Positions 28,822-40,100 of a stretch of DNA of 64,000 bases are shown here, in pieces. The position numbers and the translations under genes are program-made. The notes below the pieces were generated by a model. That model was given only the letters and a program-made list of their open reading frames with translations. It made no database searches and was not told where the DNA came from. The DNA is taken from the NCBI GenBank assembly GCA_964548115.1, contig CAZJPQ010000017.1, forward strand, positions 3,399 through 67,398, in the 5' to 3' direction. The DNA is from an uncultured Planctomycetaceae bacterium (lineage in GTDB: Bacteria > Planctomycetota > UBA8742 > UBA2392 > JABWBM01). Position 1 is the first letter of the stretch. Each line of letters starts with the position of its first letter.

Positions 28822-30213
28822 CTATTCTCTTGTGATTGGACCTGAAATTCCAAGCATGTAAAGGATTTCCTCTTCAGTCATAACTTCAAACCGAACACCC
28901 TTTTTAATAAGTTGATTATACTCTTCCTTCAGGTTCCAATTCCCCCCAAGCACAACAACCTCAAGACTTTCGTCCGTGAGAGGAACAACCTGACGTCCAT
29001 ACTTCAAAAGCAATTCCTTCAATTCCTGTTGTGATAAACGACTATACTCTCCTCCAAATTCTCCCAGAAAAGCATAACGCAAATAGGGTTGTTCTTTTGA
29101 ATATTTTTCATTGATAATTAAATCCCCAACTCGAGGATAACCTTCATCTGAATGTAAACTATCAATCCGGCAGCGAGACATTTCTCCAGAAAGGACCTCC
29201 TTAACCCGAAGAGAGGCAATCGTGATATAACCTTGCTTGCCAGGAAGAGAACGAATGACTCGAAAAGTCATTTCATTACGAATATTTTCACTCTGCCCCA
29301 GGTTAATGAAAGCCCAATCATTATTTTCATCAACGAATACAATCTGCCCGTCAGGGTCCTGTTCTCGAGCGCGAGCCTGAGTTCGTTCAGAAAGCAGTGT
29401 TATTGCCTTTTCCCGCAAACGGCTTGCTTCTTCAACAGAAGCTCCAACTTTAAGACGCTCTTCATCAAGACGCCGCTTTTCTGCCTCGACCTCAACATAA
29501 GCCCCTTCTAATACTCCATGGGCTTCCTTGGCAGCAGCCGTTTCAGCCCTTAAGTCTTCCTCTTGCCCCTCGCTATTATCAAGGAGCTTTTGATTGACAT
29601 CATCTAATTTTTGACGATGCTGATCTTTCTTATTGTTTGAACTTTCTATCCACTCTCGTTTTCCTTCATCGAGATCTTTTTGCTCTTGGTCTCGCAACAG
29701 ACTTATTCTTCTTAAAAGCTTTAATAAATCATTAACTTTTGCATCTTGCTTGGCTATCAGTGTCATCAAATCCATTTGCACATTAAGATAAGGTTCTTCT
29801 GAAACCGAGGATTTCGAGAGACGCCCTGGCTCACCACCTTGTAAAACGCTTAAGCCCTCTTCTTTCTTTTGTCCTACCGCCTCTTCTGAAACGTCCCAAA
29901 CTTTTGGTTTATGTTCCTGATAACGGTAAAGCAGATTGCTGATGGTTTCGAGACTTGGAAGTTCGCCATGAATATGCTTAAACCCTAAAGGCTGACTGGC
30001 AAAAACAGCCTGTTCTTGCACTCTTGACCACTCGGCCTGGTAACGCATTTCAAGGGCCTTAAACTTTTCGACATAATTTCGATCCTGTTTGTAGGTATCA
30101 TAACGCATCATACAAACAACACCCAAAGCAATAAGTGCTAACGCAACCAGCACCAGCATCAGTATATCCGGACGAAAAGCAGCTTTTCGGGACAGTCGAA
30201 GAGAATTTGTCAT
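28822..30213 (-). CDS. Membrane-anchored coiled-coil protein with C-terminal beta-barrel and BRCT-like domains (paralog 2)
   Basis: N-terminal TM, coiled coil, 'DGQIVFVD...INLGQSENIRNEMTFRV...GDLIIN', 'LKELLLKYGRQV...VVVLGG'. Likely start ATG 30213. Confidence 0.75.
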   Translation of the reverse strand: MTNSLRLSRKAAFRPDILMLVLVALALIALGVVCMMRYDTYKQDRNYVEKFKALEMRYQAEWSRVQEQAVFASQPLGFKHIHGELPSLETISNLLYRYQEHKPKVWDVSEEAVGQKKEEGLSVLQGGEPGRLSKSSVSEEPYLNVQMDLMTLIAKQDAKVNDLLKLLRRISLLRDQEQKDLDEGKREWIESSNNKKDQHRQKLDDVNQKLLDNSEGQEEDLRAETAAAKEAHGVLEGAYVEVEAEKRRLDEERLKVGASVEEASRLREKAITLLSERTQARAREQDPDGQIVFVDENNDWAFINLGQSENIRNEMTFRVIRSLPGKQGYITIASLRVKEVLSGEMSRCRIDSLHSDEGYPRVGDLIINEKYSKEQPYLRYAFLGEFGGEYSRLSQQELKELLLKYGRQVVPLTDESLEVVVLGGNWNLKEEYNQLIKKGVRFEVMTEEEILYMLGISGPITRE

Positions 30214-30638
30214 GAAGATCCTTTTTTCATGTCTTATTGAAACATCTGTAAAAATTGAACACTCCAGGCCTTCTGTCAAAAAAAATGAAGAAAGAGACAA
30301 ACTCTATAAGCTTTGAGTATAGAGAAGGTACCTTTTAAGATCGTATGTTCCAGCGCCTGAGCAAGCAAGTTCAAACCGCTCTTATCATCTTGACGTCACG
30401 GAGTATTTTTTGGCCAGTATTTTTTTGCTCAAGAAATTTTATAAGAGAAAAATTCCTTTTTAGCTTGCCACAATTCTTTTTCCATTTCATATTCTAGCCG
30501 ATATCTTTTCTTCAACCAGTAGTTCCTACTCTGACATTCAACTCCTCTCTTACCGTTAGGCTTACCCCGATATTACAATAGGTAGGCAGAGATTCCCTCC
30601 GATTATAGGCTTCATTGTAAATTCAACTTCCTTCTTTC

Positions 30639-33464
30639 ATGAAAAAACAAAAAACCTTTTATATCGTTGATGGCTTTAGCCAAATTTTTCGAGCATATTA
30701 TGCTCCAGCAGCTTTTCGTAATCGAGGAGCAGCCCAGGGTGCAACCTATATTTTCACCCGCATGCTTTTAAAACTCCTGCAAAAAGGAAAGCCAACAGCT
30801 CTTGTTTGTGCTTTAGACTCCAGCGGACAGGGGAGTGTTCGTAACGACATTTATCCTGACTATAAAGCCAATCGCGACCCCATGCCTGAAGAACTTGCAG
30901 AGCAATTGCCTTCCATGCGAGCAATTATTGAAGCCATGGGCATTCCTATTATTGAGGGTGGCGCTTACGAAGCAGATGATGTGATTGGAACCCTGGCACA
31001 AAAAGCCGAAGCCCAGGGGTATCAGGTTCGAATTGTCAGTCGTGATAAAGATCTGAAACAGCTGCTATCAGAAAACACTTACCTTTATGATGTTGATGAT
31101 GGTTCGCTTTACGGGCCAGAAGAACTTGAAATTGATCTTGGTCTTAAGCCTCAGCAATTCATTGATTTTTTAGCCCTTGCTGGAGACAAGGTTGACAATA
31201 TTCCTGGAGTCCCTGGAGTTGGTCCTAAGCGAGCCCAAGCCTTGCTCCAGGAACACGGATCTCTTGAGGAAATTCTTAAACAAGCAGAGAGCATAAAACA
31301 ACCTAAAATGCGTGAAAACCTGATTGCATTTAGAGAGCAAGCTCCTGTTTCACGCCAACTTGCTACCATCTATACTGATATTAAACTTGAGCTTGAACTT
31401 GATGATGCCCTGCAGAAAGAACTGAACCGCGAAACCCTTGAACCACTCTTTAAACGCTTCAGTTTTCGAAGTCTGCTTCAAGAACTTGGCTGGACAAGCT
31501 CGGAAGAACCCGAACAACCATCAAAAACACCCTCTCAAAAATCAGCACGATCAGCTTCAACACCACAAAAAAAACAAGGAGCAGATCTTTTCTCAAATTT
31601 AGACACGCCACAAAGCTCTTCTTCGTCTCAAAAGACTATTCAAAGGACAACCCAAAAACGCGGCACTTATACCCTGATTGATGATTCAAAAAGCTTTCAA
31701 ACTTTTCTAAAAGAACTTCGAAAGCAGAAACGCTTTGCTTTTGATACCGAAACGACCTCGCTGAATCCTTTTCAAGCTGAACTGGTGGGAATCAGTATTT
31801 CCTGGCAAGCTGGGCAAGGCTACTACATTGCCCTTAAAGGACCAGAAGGCGAACAAACCTGTGATACCAAAGAGGTTCTTGGCGGACTTCAACCGATTCT
31901 GGAAGATCCGGCCATTGGAAAGGTTGGACAAAACCTTAAATATGATCTCCTAATCATGAGAACACACAAGATTCGTGTCCAGGGTGTTGTTTTCGATACA
32001 ATGATTGGAGCTTATCTTGCGGATAATACCAGACAGGAAATCAGTCTCGATCAATTGGCCCACGAATATCTCAACGGCTATGAATGCATCCCCATCACAC
32101 AACTGATCGGTGAAGATAAGAAGAATCAAAAAACTTTAGATCAAATTCCTATCAAGAGAGTCGCTGATTATGCGGGTGAAGATGCCGATATTTCCTGGCA
32201 ACTCTTTGAGCAAATTGAACCGGAATTGGAAGAACGCAGCCTGACACAACTCAGTAGTGACCTTGAAATGCCTCTCGTTGAAGTATTAGCTGAGATGGAA
32301 TATAATGGCATTCGCATTGATAAAGATTACCTTGAAACCCTTTCAAAAGAATTTTTAAAGGAACTCGAAAAAGCGAAGAAAAAATGCTTTGAAATTGCTG
32401 GTCGTGAGTTTACTATTAACTCTCCGAAGCAACTTGCTGAAATTCTCTTCGACGAACTTGGTCTTCAACCTCAAAGTAAGACGGCAAAAGGAGCTCGAAG
32501 TACTTCTGTATCAGTGCTTGAACGTTTGGCTCATGAACACCCTTTACCAGAAATTATTCTTCGTTTCCGTCACCTCTCAAAACTCAAAGCTACTTATGTC
32601 GATAGCCTGCCAAAACTTGTAGATAAAGAAAACAGAGTTCATACGACCTTTCGTCAAGCTGTTTCAACAGGACGCTTAGCAAGCAACGATCCGAACGTAC
32701 AAAATATTCCAATACGCACAAAAGAAGGACAAAAAATACGCAAGGCTTTTGTAGCTCAAGATCAAAATTTCTGCTTAGTTGTTGCTGATTACAGTCAAAT
32801 TGAATTGCGAATTCTAGCTCATTTATGCGAGGACAAAACATTACGCCAGGCATTTCTTGACAAGCGTGACATTCATAAAGCCGTCGCCTCAGAGGTCTAT
32901 GGAGTCAATGAATCCGAAGTAAGTGACACAATGCGCTCACAGGTTAAAGCCATCCATTTCGGCATTCTTTACGGGCAAAGTGCGTTCAGCCTTTCTCAAG
33001 TTTTAAAGATTCCCCGCAAAGAGGCCTTGGATTTTATTAAAGCATACTTTCAACGTTTCCCGAAAGTTCAGGACTATATTACTCAGATCCATACTCAAGC
33101 ACAGGAAAATGGTTATGTAACAACAATCCTCGGACGAAGGCGTTATATTCCAGGAGCTCAAGAACGAAATCGCACTGTTCAAGCTCACGGCTTACGACAA
33201 GCTTTCAATACAGTAACCCAGGGTTCAGCAGCAGACCTTATTAAAATGGCAATGCTCAAAATCTACCGACGCATCCAGAAGGAAAAGCAAAATTTCAAAC
33301 TCTTAATTCAGGTTCATGATGAGCTGATCCTTGAAGTTCCGAAACAAGACGAAAAAGAAGCAAAGGTATTTCTAGCGCATGAAATGGAAAATGCTCTTCA
33401 GCTTGAGGTTCCCTTACATGTAGAAGTTGGCTCAGGTCCAAATTGGTTAGAAGCAAAAGCGTAG
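30639..33464 (+). CDS. polA: DNA polymerase I
   Basis: 5'-3' exo 'YEADDVIGT' and 'GDKVDNIPGVPGVG'; 3'-5' exo 'FDTETT'; motif A 'ADYSQIELR'; motif C 'QVHDEL'. Confidence 0.97.
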   Translation: MKKQKTFYIVDGFSQIFRAYYAPAAFRNRGAAQGATYIFTRMLLKLLQKGKPTALVCALDSSGQGSVRNDIYPDYKANRDPMPEELAEQLPSMRAIIEAMGIPIIEGGAYEADDVIGTLAQKAEAQGYQVRIVSRDKDLKQLLSENTYLYDVDDGSLYGPEELEIDLGLKPQQFIDFLALAGDKVDNIPGVPGVGPKRAQALLQEHGSLEEILKQAESIKQPKMRENLIAFREQAPVSRQLATIYTDIKLELELDDALQKELNRETLEPLFKRFSFRSLLQELGWTSSEEPEQPSKTPSQKSARSASTPQKKQGADLFSNLDTPQSSSSSQKTIQRTTQKRGTYTLIDDSKSFQTFLKELRKQKRFAFDTETTSLNPFQAELVGISISWQAGQGYYIALKGPEGEQTCDTKEVLGGLQPILEDPAIGKVGQNLKYDLLIMRTHKIRVQGVVFDTMIGAYLADNTRQEISLDQLAHEYLNGYECIPITQLIGEDKKNQKTLDQIPIKRVADYAGEDADISWQLFEQIEPELEERSLTQLSSDLEMPLVEVLAEMEYNGIRIDKDYLETLSKEFLKELEKAKKKCFEIAGREFTINSPKQLAEILFDELGLQPQSKTAKGARSTSVSVLERLAHEHPLPEIILRFRHLSKLKATYVDSLPKLVDKENRVHTTFRQAVSTGRLASNDPNVQNIPIRTKEGQKIRKAFVAQDQNFCLVVADYSQIELRILAHLCEDKTLRQAFLDKRDIHKAVASEVYGVNESEVSDTMRSQVKAIHFGILYGQSAFSLSQVLKIPRKEALDFIKAYFQRFPKVQDYITQIHTQAQENGYVTTILGRRRYIPGAQERNRTVQAHGLRQAFNTVTQGSAADLIKMAMLKIYRRIQKEKQNFKLLIQVHDELILEVPKQDEKEAKVFLAHEMENALQLEVPLHVEVGSGPNWLEAKA

Positions 33465-33529
33465 GTGAGAACAGAACCCCAAAAAAGGAGCTCTGAGATT
33501 CTCATAAAAAACGTAGAGAAAAAGAACTC

Positions 33530-34153
33530 GTGAATCAAAAACAAAAGGCTATTGTTTTAGGAATTACAGGAGGTATTGGAAGCGGTAAGAGCTCACTTGC
33601 TCGAGAGCTTGAAAAGCATGGTGCAACGGTTATTGATGCTGATGTATTTGCTCGTAAGGCTTTGCTGGAACCAACCATTCGAACAAAGCTTGAACAGGCC
33701 TTTGGCTCTGAAATCATAGACCACCAAGGCAACATTAACCGCTCTTTATTGGCACAAAAGGCTTTTCGTAACCAGGATGCCCTTCAAACATTAAATAGCA
33801 TTACCCATCCATGGATACGCCAAGCTATTCAAACAAAACTTGAGGAATTACTGACAGATAAAACAACAAAAGCAATTGTACTTGATATTCCTCTCTTATT
33901 AGAAGCTGGAATTTATGAACCCTTTCTTGATGTGGTTGTATTTGTGGATGCTCCAAAAGAAATTCGCGAACAACGTGTCATAAAAAATCGCTCTTGGGAA
34001 AAAGGTGAACTAGAACGGCGCGAAGCTCAGCAGATGCCTTTGGAAGAGAAAAAACAGCGTTCTGACAGGATTATTTACAACAATGGGCAAACGAACGACT
34101 TCGCTATACAAGCAAGCAAGCTTTGGCAACATTACTATAAAGACTTCAAATAA
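33530..34153 (+). CDS. coaE: Dephospho-CoA kinase
   Basis: 'GITGGIGSGKS', 'IDAD', 'LNSITHP', 'DIPLLLE'; located downstream of polA. Confidence 0.95.
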   Translation: MNQKQKAIVLGITGGIGSGKSSLARELEKHGATVIDADVFARKALLEPTIRTKLEQAFGSEIIDHQGNINRSLLAQKAFRNQDALQTLNSITHPWIRQAIQTKLEELLTDKTTKAIVLDIPLLLEAGIYEPFLDVVVFVDAPKEIREQRVIKNRSWEKGELERREAQQMPLEEKKQRSDRIIYNNGQTNDFAIQASKLWQHYYKDFK

Positions 34154-34263
34154 ACAGGACACTCTTTTATAAAAAACACCCTGATATTAAAAATATTCAC
34201 TGGAGAATTAAGCCTTTAGAGTGGTTCTAAAGCGCTTAAAAAATCGAAGGATTGGAATTTACA

Positions 34264-36123
34264 ATGGCAAAGAAAACCCTTGACGCAGAACTCTCAGACA
34301 ACGAAGAAAAAACAGTGGCTGTAAAGCCAAAAAAGAAAGCTGCTAAGAAAAAAGCAAAGAAAAAAGCTGCTAAAAAACCGACAGCAGAAAGTGGCTCATC
34401 TCATGATGAGGGCTTAACAGCAGCTTCGGAGAGTGATGCACCACAAGGGAAAAACCCCGAAGACAGTACAAAGAGCAAACCTAAAGGATCAAGAAAACCT
34501 AAAGAACAACCCACAGAACCTACTTCTGCAGAACCAAAAGCATCCAAAGAAAAAGCCGAAATAGAATCCAGTGATGATAAAACTCAGTCCCCTGAACAAC
34601 AATCCAAACAACAGCCTCAAGCTGCTCATACGCCATCTCAAAATCAAGACTCAGCAAAGCAAAAGAAACAAGCAGGAAATCAAGGAACTGAAAAAGAAAA
34701 CTCTCAGAAAAAAGCGGAAAACCAGAATAACCACAACAACAATAACAGCAATAATCATAATGAAGGACGACGAGACCGTGGAGGGCGGCGCAACCGCCAT
34801 AAGCGAGGCAATAAAAATCAGAGTTCATCACATAATGATTTGACTGAGGTTGAAGGACCGCTTTCTGGCACCATGATCTTCTTGCACGAAGAACAGGCTA
34901 AACCGATTCAAAAACTCCAAAAAGATGCTTCTGAGATCAATTTACGAGATACTTCTGGGCTGAAGAAACAAGAGCTCATTTTTCGCCTCCTGAAGCAAAA
35001 AGTTAAAATGGGAGCTAAAATTTACGGCCAGGGTGTGATGGAAGTCCTTCCTGATAATTTCGGTTTCTTGCGTACTCCAGCCTATAGTTATACTCCAAGC
35101 CCTGACGATATTTATGTCTCTCCTTCACAAATTCGTCGTTTTGGCCTTCGCTCTGGACATGTTGTCAGCGGCCAGATACGTCCTCCCAAAGATGGCGAGC
35201 GTTACTTTGCCCTCTTAAAGGTTGACAAGACCAATGGTGAAGATCCCGCAAACTTGCCAACGATTGCTCCTTTTGACGAGCTCACCCCGCACTATCCAGA
35301 CAAGCGAATTACCCTTGAACGAGCTGATGATCTTGATATGCGCATCATTGACCTTATTACTCCAATAGGTCTTGGACAACGCGGTCTGATCGTTGCTCCA
35401 CCACGAACAGGAAAAACCGTACTGCTCCAAAAGATTGCAAATTCAATTACTACAAACTGCCCTAACATTAAGCTGATCGTACTTTTGATTGATGAACGTC
35501 CTGAAGAAGTGACCGATATGTCACGTAATGTTCGCGGAGAGGTTATCAGTTCGACTTTTGATGAACCAGCTTCACGACACGTACAGGTGGCTGAAATGGT
35601 GATTGAAAAAGCTCGCCGTATGGTTGAATTCGGTGATGATGTCTTTATTCTTCTTGACTCCATTACTCGCCTGGGACGAGCCTACAACACAGAAGTACCT
35701 CATTCCGGAAAGATTCTTACCGGTGGTGTTGATGCCGCAGCCCTCCAAAAACCAAAGCGCTTCTTTGGAGCAGCTCGAAACATTGAAAACGGCGGCTCAC
35801 TCACTATTCTTGCAACGGCCTTAATTGAAACCGGCAGCAAAATGGACGAGGTGATCTTTGAAGAATTCAAAGGCACTGGAAATATGGAGCTTCACCTTGA
35901 TCGCAGGCTTGCAGATCGTCGTGTTTTCCCTGCCCTTGATGTAACAAGTTCTGGAACTCGCAAAGAAGAGCTCTTACTTGATCCTGAAGAAATGAAACGC
36001 ATGTGGCTCCTTCGTCGTGTTTTAAATGATATGAAACCACTTGATGCCATGGAAATGCTCAAGGAAAAACTGAAGAAGACAAAAACGAATGCTGAATTCC
36101 TAATGTCCATGAACCCTCGTTAG
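34264..36123 (+). CDS. rho: Transcription termination factor Rho with long disordered N-terminal extension
   Basis: 'FGFLR', '[13 protein letters not shown]', 'APPRTGKT', '[11 protein letters not shown]', '[12 protein letters not shown]'. Confidence 0.97.
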   Translation: MAKKTLDAELSDNEEKTVAVKPKKKAAKKKAKKKAAKKPTAESGSSHDEGLTAASESDAPQGKNPEDSTKSKPKGSRKPKEQPTEPTSAEPKASKEKAEIESSDDKTQSPEQQSKQQPQAAHTPSQNQDSAKQKKQAGNQGTEKENSQKKAENQNNHNNNNSNNHNEGRRDRGGRRNRHKRGNKNQSSSHNDLTEVEGPLSGTMIFLHEEQAKPIQKLQKDASEINLRDTSGLKKQELIFRLLKQKVKMGAKIYGQGVMEVLPDNFGFLRTPAYSYTPSPDDIYVSPSQIRRFGLRSGHVVSGQIRPPKDGERYFALLKVDKTNGEDPANLPTIAPFDELTPHYPDKRITLERADDLDMRIIDLITPIGLGQRGLIVAPPRTGKTVLLQKIANSITTNCPNIKLIVLLIDERPEEVTDMSRNVRGEVISSTFDEPASRHVQVAEMVIEKARRMVEFGDDVFILLDSITRLGRAYNTEVPHSGKILTGGVDAAALQKPKRFFGAARNIENGGSLTILATALIETGSKMDEVIFEEFKGTGNMELHLDRRLADRRVFPALDVTSSGTRKEELLLDPEEMKRMWLLRRVLNDMKPLDAMEMLKEKLKKTKTNAEFLMSMNPR

Positions 36124-36145
36124 CCTCTAATAAGAAAACCAGCCA

Positions 36146-37150
36146 ATGAGTGATCAAAAAAAAACCCGAGTTGCTGTACTTGGAAGCAATGCGTTTTCAG
36201 CATCAGACTTTATTGAGTTCTTGCTTTCAGAACAACGCTTTGAGATTTTAGGGATAAGCCGCTCGCCACTCCGTCATCAGGTTTTTCGCTCTTATGCTCC
36301 TTCGCAAAATGGGCCTTTTCATTTTTATCAATACGATTTCAACAAGGATATGCCTGCGCTCATAAAGGAACTGGATCGCTTTGAGCCAGACTACATCGTC
36401 AACTTTGCAGCTCAGAGTGAAGTAGCCCCAAGCTGGAAACATCCTGAACACTGGTTTCAAACCAACACCGTAGCACTGGCGAAACTGATCAACGCTCTCA
36501 AGGATCGCTCTTACCTTCAGAAGTACCTGCACATCTCTTCCCCAGAAGTTTATGGCACCTGCCAGGGCTACATCGATGAGCAAACCCCTCTGAATCCGAG
36601 TACGCCTTACGCCGCTTCAAAAGCAGCAGCTGACCTTTTACTGAAAACGTTTTTTGAAGCCTATGATTTCCCACTCGTAACTGTTAGAGCTACGAACGTT
36701 TACGGAGCTTATCAACAGCTTTTTAAAATCATTCCTCGCACAATCATTTATGCAAAGCTTTGCAAAACTTTAAAGCTTCATGGAGGAGGCAAAGCCGTAA
36801 AATCTTACATTCACATCCGGGATGTATCTCGTGGTGAATTAGCCATTCTAGAGAGTGCCCAGCCAGGAGAGCTTTACCACCTTTCCCCCGATCGAGGCTG
36901 GTCTATCCGAGAGCTCGTTGAAAAAATTCTGCTCCTTATGAGCAAAGATTTTGACACCTGCGTTCAAAGCACTGAAGAACGTTTAGGGCAGGATGCAGCT
37001 TATACCATAGATTCTTCGAAAGCCCGAAAAGCTTTCAACTGGCAGCCGCAGGTGGGTATTGATCACGGTTTGGAAAAAGTTGTACAATGGATCGAATCAA
37101 CGTGGGAAACCATTAAAGAGCTCCCACACGAATATCAACACCAGGCATAA
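36146..37150 (+). CDS. NAD-dependent epimerase/dehydratase (dTDP-glucose 4,6-dehydratase-like)
   Basis: 'VLGSNAFS', 'NFAAQSEV', 'SSPEVYG', YXXXK 'PYAASK', 'NVYG'. Confidence 0.85.
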   Translation: MSDQKKTRVAVLGSNAFSASDFIEFLLSEQRFEILGISRSPLRHQVFRSYAPSQNGPFHFYQYDFNKDMPALIKELDRFEPDYIVNFAAQSEVAPSWKHPEHWFQTNTVALAKLINALKDRSYLQKYLHISSPEVYGTCQGYIDEQTPLNPSTPYAASKAAADLLLKTFFEAYDFPLVTVRATNVYGAYQQLFKIIPRTIIYAKLCKTLKLHGGGKAVKSYIHIRDVSRGELAILESAQPGELYHLSPDRGWSIRELVEKILLLMSKDFDTCVQSTEERLGQDAAYTIDSSKARKAFNWQPQVGIDHGLEKVVQWIESTWETIKELPHEYQHQA

Positions 37151-37165
37151 ATACGACCTCTTTTC

Positions 37166-40100
37166 ATGAAAAACTCTTCGCAAAAGCCTCTATCCCCTGA
37201 AGTCCAAGCTTTTTCCCAAGAGTTAGCCCCTTCCTTTTTCCAGAACCTGAAGACTCAAAGTGTTCAAATAGGGAAGGCCAAAGGCCCAGCACTTGCAATT
37301 GCTCTTGCCCGACTTGCAGAAGCCCACCAGGGAACACTCTGTGTGCTCGCTCCCCCCTCCTATCCTTATCAGAAACTTGAGCAAGACCTCAGCACTCTTC
37401 TACCAAAACTTGAATACCTACGAGCGCCATCAGAACCGTTGAGCAAAGACTATAGCTCAGAAGAGTTACGATCCTGGTACCCTTTTCTTTCTTCACTGCT
37501 GGCCTTCAGAAAGAACCCATCAGAATCAAAAATACTCTTTACCACTCCAGCAAGCATGCTGAGCCCCCTGCCTGATGAAAACGGGATTGACAGCTCAAGC
37601 ATGACCTTTGAGCGTAAACAAGAATATAACCCTGAAAAAATCATGAAGCATTTCATTGATGCTGGTTATGAACGAGTAGCCCAGGTTGAAGAACCCGGGC
37701 ATTTTTCTCAGCGGGGCGGAATACTTGATTTTTGGCCTTATCTTGAAACGTATCCTATACGACTTGATTTTTTTGGAGAGCAGCTTGAGAATCTGAAGTA
37801 CTTCGATGCCACAAGTCAGCGTTCTCTTTCAACACATCAGAGAGTTCAATTTTCTTTGCTTACTCAAAAAGAACTTGAAACTTCTTCGCCGCAGGCATTT
37901 TCAGGAATTTTCAACTACCTTCCTGAAAATACACTTAAAGTAACTCTGGAGTACAGAGAACTCCTTCACCACCTCGATGGAATGCGAACATTTCTTAAAG
38001 GCAAAGAACAATACCAGCGCTTTAAGGCTCTCGAACAATGGCTTCAAAGTTTAAGCCGTTGCGATTTTTTTGAACAGCCTCTCCTTGAAACTCAACAAGC
38101 CTTAAATCTTTCCTATACTTCCTTAGGCCACACAAATCATGGCTCTCTCAATATAGCGAAAAAAATAAAGCATTTTCAATCGACTTATTCCACTATAAAA
38201 GTTTATGCCGGAAGCCCGGAAGAGGCTCTCCGCTTCGAACATTTTGTTGAAATCCACAAGTTTAAAACTGAAGGTCTGAGTGTTTATCCATTTGAGCTAA
38301 GCGAAAGCGTGCTTTTTCCCCAATCTGGAGAAGCTTTACTATCAGGAGCTGAGCTCTTCGGGAAGGAGCAAAAACGCTTCGGTATTCCAAGTGGAGAAAA
38401 GTCTCTTTCCAATGATCACCATCGAAAGATTGAAGACTTCATCAAGCTTGAAGAAAACGACTTTGTCGTCCACAAGGAACATGGAATTGCACGCTACAGA
38501 GGCCTAGAGACCCTCTTAACACCTGATGGCAAACGAGAAGAATACCTTCATCTTCAATTTGCTGAAAACACAGAAATTCATGTTCCGATTTCTCAAGCTG
38601 AAATGGTCCAAAAATATATCGGATCACGAGGCTCCACTCCAAAGCTTTCAAGGTATCAATCCCATTCATGGCAAGAAAAGAAAAAGCATGTTGAAATTGC
38701 TGTACTCAAACTTGCAACAGAAATGATTGAACTTCAGGCTCTACGAATGGACCAGGAAGGGTTTTCTTTTCCAGCGGAAAATGAGTTGCTGCACGACTTC
38801 GTTGAAGCTTTCCCTTATCGTGATACTCCAGACCAAGAAAAAGCCTGGCACGAAATTCAAACTGATATGGAACAAAGTCGTCCAATGGATCGTCTTTTGT
38901 GCGGCGATGTCGGCTTTGGAAAAACAGAGCTTGCCATACGAGCAGCTTTTAAATGTGCTCTTGCGGGAAAGCAAACTGCTATTCTTGTGCCAACGACTGT
39001 TCTTTGCCAACAGCACTTCCTGAGCTTCTCACAACGAATGCAAAAATTCCCAGTGATTGTCGATTCTCTATCACGTTTGAAAACAGCAAAAGAACAAAAA
39101 GCAACTTTAAAGCGCCTGAGCGAAGGAAAAATAGATATCTTAATTGGAACTCATCGTATCGTTTCAAAAGACGTTATCTTTAAAGATCTTGGGCTTGCTA
39201 TTATTGATGAAGAACAACGTTTTGGCGTAAAACATAAAGAAGCTCTCAAAAAAATGCGCTCAAGCGTTGATGTTCTGACCTTGACAGCAACCCCAATTCC
39301 ACGAACGCTCCACATGGCATTGCTTGGGGTTCGTGACATCAGCTCACTGACGACTGCGCCGAAGAAAAGACAGCCCATTGCGACTCAAATCCAAACTTGG
39401 AATAGAGGCTTTTTGGCTGATGCTATTGATAGAGAACTGAAGCGAGAAGGCCAAATTTTCTTCATTCATAATCGTATTCATGACATCGAAATAATCGTTG
39501 AAAAGCTGCAGGCAATTGCTCCAAAAGCACGTATCACCTATGCCCACGGACGCATGAAAGAACAAAAACTTGAAACAAATGTACTTGCTTTCATAAATCA
39601 TCACTATGACTTGCTTGTAGCGACAACCATTATTGAAAATGGAATTGATATTGCCCGAGCAAATACAATTTTCATTGATCAGGCAGATCATTACGGGCTT
39701 GCTGAACTGCACCAATTACGAGGGCGAGTTGGACGTTACGACCGCAAGGCATATTGCTATCTTCTTGTGTCTGACCAGCTAAGCACTCAAGAAGCCAGTA
39801 AAAAACGTTTGCAAGCAATTCTTGAGCACGCTGAGCTGGGAGCAGGTTTTCGAATTGCTATGCGTGATCTGGAAATTCGTGGGGCTGGAAATATCATTGG
39901 TACCGAGCAGTCCGGGCATATTGCCAGCATTGGTTATGATCTCTACTGCCAAATTCTTGAACGCACTATGCGCAAACTCCAGGGTGAAAACCTGGAACCA
40001 GAGAAAAAAACTTCAATTAAGCTCAACCTTGACACGGTTTTACCCGAAGACTATATCCAGGACCCGGCTCAAAGGATTCAAACCTACCGCTTAATCCATC

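Noticed and set aside
21822-33464. Inteins or introns in nrdA, ruvB or polA
   Set aside because: Lengths and motif order are normal. The polA S/Q/T-rich insert is a short interdomain linker without splicing motifs.
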